Shown: piece by piece, positions 47,691-64,000 of the stretch | Layout of the letters: each line of letters opens with the position of its first letter | How positions within the stretch are numbered: the first letter of the stretch is position 1 | Source: Macrostomum lignano | Taxonomy: Eukaryota | DNA: 64,000 nt | NCBI GenBank assembly: GCA_002269645.1 | Contig: NIVC01000553.1 | Span: forward strand, 466,554-530,553 | Direction of reading: 5' to 3' | The notes under the pieces: model-generated | Database searches by the model: none | What the model was told of the DNA's origin: nothing | Seen by the model: only the letters and a program-made list of their open reading frames with translations | Made by a program: the position numbers and the translations under genes

Positions 47691-48339
47691 GATGTTAGGC
47701 TCTGAAGCAAGTTTCTTCAATCTCATTATGGGCTGTGTGCTATAAGCAATTGGTAAATCATTGTATAATTAACATTCTACATGTACATTTAAACAAACTG
47801 GCAAAGCAATTGTGTTTAATTTAAAAATTCCTTCATCGAAACAAATGAAATTATTCGGAGCTGGATGAATTGGCTCGGAAAATTTGTTCTGTGAACTTCA
47901 AATCAACAAAGTTTGACTTTTTCTGTTTTTTTTAAGTATTTTTTGTTTTAAACGTTTGTTTCTTGTACATACTGAAACATGTCGTTGTACGTCGATCGCA
48001 TATGTTAAACAAAACAAGAACGAATTAACTACGTGCCGAGAAAATTCTACAATAGTAAAACAGATGCCAGTTGAAATTTTGAGTTTCGCGTTATTTTTTA
48101 TTCAAAATTCGGCCCTAGTGAGGATTCTCAGGCTCGTATTGCGAAGGGAACTTGAGGGTCGGAGATGAGGGAAGGGGAGAGGCAGATGGAGACGGGGAGA
48201 AGAAGAGAGAGGTTGAGGGAGACGAGAGAGGGGGAGGGGGAGGAAGAGGGAGGGAAGAGAGGGAGACGGTGATGGGAGAAGGAGATGGAGGGGTTGGGAG
48301 AGATCGAGAGAATCAGGGAGACTCAAAGGGATAAGGAGA

Positions 48340-48342
48340 AAT

Positions 48343-48439
<97 letters not shown>

Positions 48440-48860
48440 ATTAGGAGAGAGGGAGAGGGATAGGGATTAGGAGAGAGGGAGACGGATAGGGATTAGGGGA
48501 GAGGGAGAGGGATGGGGATTAGGAGAGAGGGAGAGGGATAGGGATTAGGAGAGAGGGAGACGGATAGGGATTAGGGGAGAGGGAGAGGGATGGGGATTAG
48601 GAGAGAGGGAGAGGGATAGGGATTAGGGGAGAGGGAGAGGGATTAGGAGAGAGGGAGAGGGATAGGGATTAGGAGAGAGGGAGAGGGGGATTAGGGGAGA
48701 GGGATAGGGATTAGGAGAGAGGGAGAGGGATAGGGATTAGGCGAGAGGGAGAGGGATTAGGGGAGAGGGAGAGGGAGTAGGCGAGAGGGAGAGGGATTAG
48801 GGGAGAGGGAGAGGGATTAGGCGAGAGGGAGAGGGATTAGGAGAGAGGGACAGATCGAGA
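48340..48860. repeat. (GA)n microsatellite and GGGATTAGGAGAGAGGGAGA-type purine array
   Basis: Directly visible. Confidence 0.9.
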
Positions 48861-49449
48861 GAATCAGGAAGACTCAAAGGGATAAGGAGAAATAGTGGGA
48901 GAGAGAGAGGGAGACGAGAAAGGGAGTTAGGAGCAGCCGCAAGCCAAAATTACCGGACAAAGAGCCCTGGCGACAAAGCAGACCCTCCCCAGCTCCCTCA
49001 TCAAAGCTGCGCCAAAGAAGACCTCCCTGAGCCGCGCAGTTTCGTGTTTCCCTCTTGCCCAGCCAAATCCAAGGGCAACACAAAGCGCAGTGCGCTTAGC
49101 AGGCACAGGATTATCTCCCTCTAATATCTGAGTGGCTCAAATAGCGAGCGCAGCTGCTCCATTTTCTGTTGCCTTTCGAACATTATTTGATCAGTGCATA
49201 ATTTTTCTCACCGAGACTGGCGACTACTCGGAATGCACATGTACAGGGCGAGGCCGGGGAGGAAGTGTAGAGCCCACTGTATTAAATATTTCACAGCCCC
49301 CTCGAGCTCAGGGCAGCCGGTTGCAAATGCGTGCGTGAGACACGAGTAGGTTGCGTATGAACTTTTCATGGAGAACTTCTTATCAGCTTACAGATGGTCG
49401 ACTCGGCTCACTGAGTCAAGGCGTTTTAGGACTGGAGTCATCTGCATCC

Positions 49450-51050
49450 AGACACTCAGTTTATTAGTGCTCAGGCACTCAGTTTATTAGTACTCAGGCA
49501 CTCAGTTTATTAGTGCTCAGGCACTCGGTTTATTAGTGCTCAGGCACTCGGTTTATTAGTGCTCAGGCACTCGGTTTATTAGTGCTCAGACACTCGGTTT
49601 ATTAGTGCTCAGGCACTCAGTTTATTAGTGCTCAGACACTTTGCTTAGCTTCTATAAACACTTTCAATTTAGCTCATAAACACACCCAATTCAGCTCATA
49701 AACATACTCAATTTAGCTCATAAACACACTCAATTTAGCTCATAAACACACCCAGTTCAGCTCATAAACACACTCAATTCAGCTCATAAACACACTCAAT
49801 TCATCTCATAAACATACTCAATTTAGCTCATAAACACACCCAATTCAGCTCATAAACACACCCAATTCAGCTCATAAACATACTCAATTCAGCTCATAAA
49901 CACACTCAATTCAGCTCATAAACACACCCAATTCAGCTCACAAACACACCCAGTTCAGCTCACAAACACACCCAATTCAGCTCATAAACACACCCAATTC
50001 AGCTCATAAACACACCCAGTTTAGCTCACAAACACACCCAGTTCAGCTCACAAACACACTCAATTCAGCTCATAAACACACCCAGTTTAGCTCACAAACA
50101 CACCCAATTCAGCTCATAAACAAACTCAATTCAGCTCATAAACACACCCAATTCAGCTCACAAACACACCCAGTTCAGCTCACAAACACACTCAATTCAG
50201 CTCATAAACACACCCAGTTTAGCTCACAAACACACCCAATTCAGCTCATAAACACACCCAATTCAGCTCATAAACACACTAAATTCAGCTCATAAATACA
50301 CTCAATTCAGCTCATAAACACACCCAGTTTAGCTCACAAACACACCCAATTCAGCTCACAAACACACCCAATTCAGCTCAAAAACACACCCAATTCAGCT
50401 CATAAACACACTCAATTCAGCTCATAAACACACCCAATTTAGCTCATAAACACACTCAATTCAGCTCATAAACACACTCAATTCAGCTCATAAACACACT
50501 CAATTCAGCTCATAAACACACTCAATTCAGCTCATAAACACACTCAATTCAGCTCATAAACACCCTCAATTCAGCTCATAAACACACTCAATTCAGCTCA
50601 TAAACACACTCAATTCAGCTCATAAACACACCCAATTCAGCTCATAAACACACTCAATTCAGCTCATAAACACACTCAATTCAGCTCATAAACACACCCA
50701 ATTTAGCTCATAAACACACTCAATTCAGCTCATAAACACACCCAATTTAGCTCATAAACACACTAAATTCAGCTCATAAACACACTCAATTCAGCTCATA
50801 AACACACTCAATTCAGCTCATAAACACACCCAATTCAGCTCATAAACACACTCAATTCAGCTCATAAACACACCCAATTTAGCTCATAAACACACTCAAT
50901 TCAGCTCATAAACACACTCAATTCAGCTCATAAACACACTCAATTCAGCTCATAAACACACTCAATTCAGCTCATAAACACACTCAATTCAGCTCATAAA
51001 CACACCCAATTTAGCTCATAAACACACTCAATTTAGCTCATAAACACACG
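49450..51050. repeat. 23-bp array (49450-49640) followed by a 22-bp minisatellite (AATTCAGCTCATAAACACACTC)n
   Basis: Directly visible. Confidence 0.95.
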
Positions 51051-51409
51051 GAGTTCAGCTTTTAAATTCATTGAAGTCATTGAAATGGAGCCTCAATAAA
51101 GAAAAGAATAACTGGGATTCATCCCTAGTCAGTTTCCATCCCAGATGACTCATTCTTAGTAGTCCATGGTCGGGCACTGGATAAACAGCCAATCTACTCC
51201 ATCATGTTATCTATCAACCCACTTGTACTACACTCGCTACCTATGGTGATGCCGAGTTTTTAGCTGTAAGTCTTTTTTACCTGATTTACCAACTGACACG
51301 TGGAACTTTATTACACTGGCATGTGCATTGAATTCATTGAATAAAAAATCTTTTCAATTAACTTGACCCTGCTAGGCCAACATTTCTTTATTCTTGAAAT
51401 CTCGTCTCC

Positions 51410-51820
51410 CAATCCCAGTGTCTCATCTCCCAATCTCAGTGTCTCATCTCCCAATCTCAATTTCTCATCTCCCAATCTCAGTGTCTCATCTCCCAATCTC
51501 AGTGTCTCATCTCCCAATCTCAGTGTCTCATCTCCCAATCTCAATTTCTCATCTCCCAATCTCAGTGTCTCATCTCCCAATCTCAGTGTCTCATCTCCTA
51601 ATATCAGTGTCTCATCTCCTAATCTCAGTATCTCATCTCCCAATCTCAGTGTCTCATCTCCTAATCTCAGTATCGCATCTCATAATCTCAGTATCGCATC
51701 TCCCAATCTCAGTGTCTCATCTCCCAATCTCAGTGTCTCATCTCCTAATCTCAGTGTCTCATCTCCCAATCTCAGTGTCTCATCTCTCAATCTCAGTGTC
51801 TCATTTCTCAATCCCAAAAT
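51410..51820. repeat. 21-bp minisatellite (TCTCATCTCCCAATCTCAGTG)n
   Basis: Directly visible; 7-aa periodicity in the ORF track. Confidence 0.94.
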
Positions 51821-51876
51821 ATCATTTATCACCAATCTCCTCTCGAAGTCTCCACCTAGTCTAATATTTGCATCTA

Positions 51877-52170
51877 TTAGTAAGGTTTAGTATATATTAA
51901 ATAAAAATTTGACCACGGCCAAACCTGAAGCCCCACCCCAGAAAGTTGATCGGCTTTCAACCCGCTTGGGAGGGGGGGGGGAGTCGACGCAAAGCACAGT
52001 GCGGACTCAGGTTTCCTCAGTAATGCTTCCTGCCTTTTAGCCAGTTCTTCAAGCCCTGTCTCGAGACATTCAAAAAGAGGCTGGCTTTGTCTTTGTAAAT
52101 TTATCCGATATGAAAATTTTCTCTGCTCAAGGCTGCTCAAATCTTCTCGAAATAATCCTTTGAGTGAGCT
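51877..52170 (-). other. Possible isolated coding exon of an unresolved gene
   Basis: Open frame SLKGLFREDLSSLEQRKFSYRINLQRQSQPLFECLETGLEELAKRQEALLRKPE with helical, coding-like composition between two repeat arrays. Partner exons not identified. Confidence 0.3.
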
Positions 52171-52227
52171 GATAGTGCCAAGTAAGCAATCATAAGGGGA
52201 TAAAAATACACAAAATACGTAAAAAAA

Positions 52228-52448
<221 letters not shown>

Positions 52449-53677
52449 AGATTATGCATTAAATTATGAAAGAATTGAACTACTAAAATCCGAAAACATT
52501 AAGCAGGATGCAATTCAAATCGTCAGTATTTCATATATTAACGCAAATAGTTGAAGAATTCCTTGGGATCAACATAAATTAATTTTAACTGTCGCGCACA
52601 ACATCAATACTCATAGTAGCGTATACTGGATCAAAAAAGATACGTATTTAAAACAAAAAACGGTAAAATTCAAATAATGTACAGTACGAGCATAGGTGGT
52701 GACACACTTCAAGAAACAAATACGCAATTATAACTGCCAAATTCGATTGTCAAGTTAACAAAAATAAACTTGAAATAAACATTTTTACTGTAAATTTACC
52801 AGCAAAAAAGACTGAAGGAAAGTAAGATCAGTAAGCCAACAAGATTTTGTTAATTCGACAAGACGAGACAGACCATGGACAGATTTATAAGTGGCGAATG
52901 AGCGACAGAGCGATTCCGATTAAACAGTTAATATTTTTAACATATGCATATAAAAATTTACTATCTACAGGTTATTTGGTTGATTAAAGAAATATCGAAA
53001 GTTGCAAGGATTAGAAGATTAAATTAATGAAAAATATCATTAGCTTATTGGATTTTCTGACCTCAAAATTTTGACATGTATTACTTTCAGTAGCTACCTA
53101 AACGAGTTGCTGAAGACTCAAAACTGTCAGCGAAATGTATTATTTTAATTATTATTGAATTTCACCGGAGAACAACACAAAATTTTCGAGAAATTTTTTT
53201 AGGTGAAATGTCATATAAAAAGGCATGCATGATCAGTTGATTGGTGTCATTTAGGAATGAAAAAGCCATCATTTTAGAGTTTTTCGTTTAAAAGGGAGTA
53301 AAATTCGAACAATTAATGCAGTATATTCAAAAGTTGTATAGCTAGCTAGCGCAAAAAAAAATACATTCCGGATTTGTAAGCCAGATTATAACGAAAATTC
53401 GCGTGATTGAAAATAATCCAAGCGCAACAAATGTATGTACACTCGTCGTGGCAATGTACATTTCAGCTATTAGTGTGGCTGCTGGGGAGGTCAGCAAGCT
53501 GTTTTTCTTTCACCAGCAAGGTGCGTGGGGGGGTAGAACAGTTGCGCCTGGAAGGCTAGATAGTGTACACATTCAGAGTACATTCAAATAAGGAAGAGTT
53601 AGGGCGGTAAGTACGAGGAAATACCGGGGGAAAATCTAAAGCTAGGAAAGCTATTTTTAGAACACTGGTAATTCTAA

Positions 53678-64000
<10,323 letters not shown>

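Overview
Eukaryotic (animal) genomic DNA with GC-rich exons separated by introns and spacers filled with roughly 40 different minisatellite arrays, about 40% of the window by my rough tally. This architecture, plus a two-DBD nuclear receptor, suggests a flatworm such as Macrostomum; that is an inference, not a database result. Gene models built by hand from GT/AG sites and reading phase, in order: 3' end of meckelin/TMEM67 (+, apparent frameshift); CD-MPR/M6PR-like receptor (+); type II membrane GT-A glycosyltransferase of CAP59/GT69-like appearance (-); orphan with a SUMO/ubiquitin-like domain (-); divergent 14-exon GRP170/HYOU1 (-), head-to-head with TFIIS (+); orphan secreted protein (-); AIG1/GIMAP GTPase (-); two orphan genes (+); 2DBD nuclear receptor running off the right edge (-). 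Mobile DNA includes an internally deleted PIF/Harbinger element with intact TIRs and TSD, two SINE families and a possible MITE. Most long ORFs in the supplied track are translations of tandem repeats. No CRISPR array or prokaryotic system is supported.
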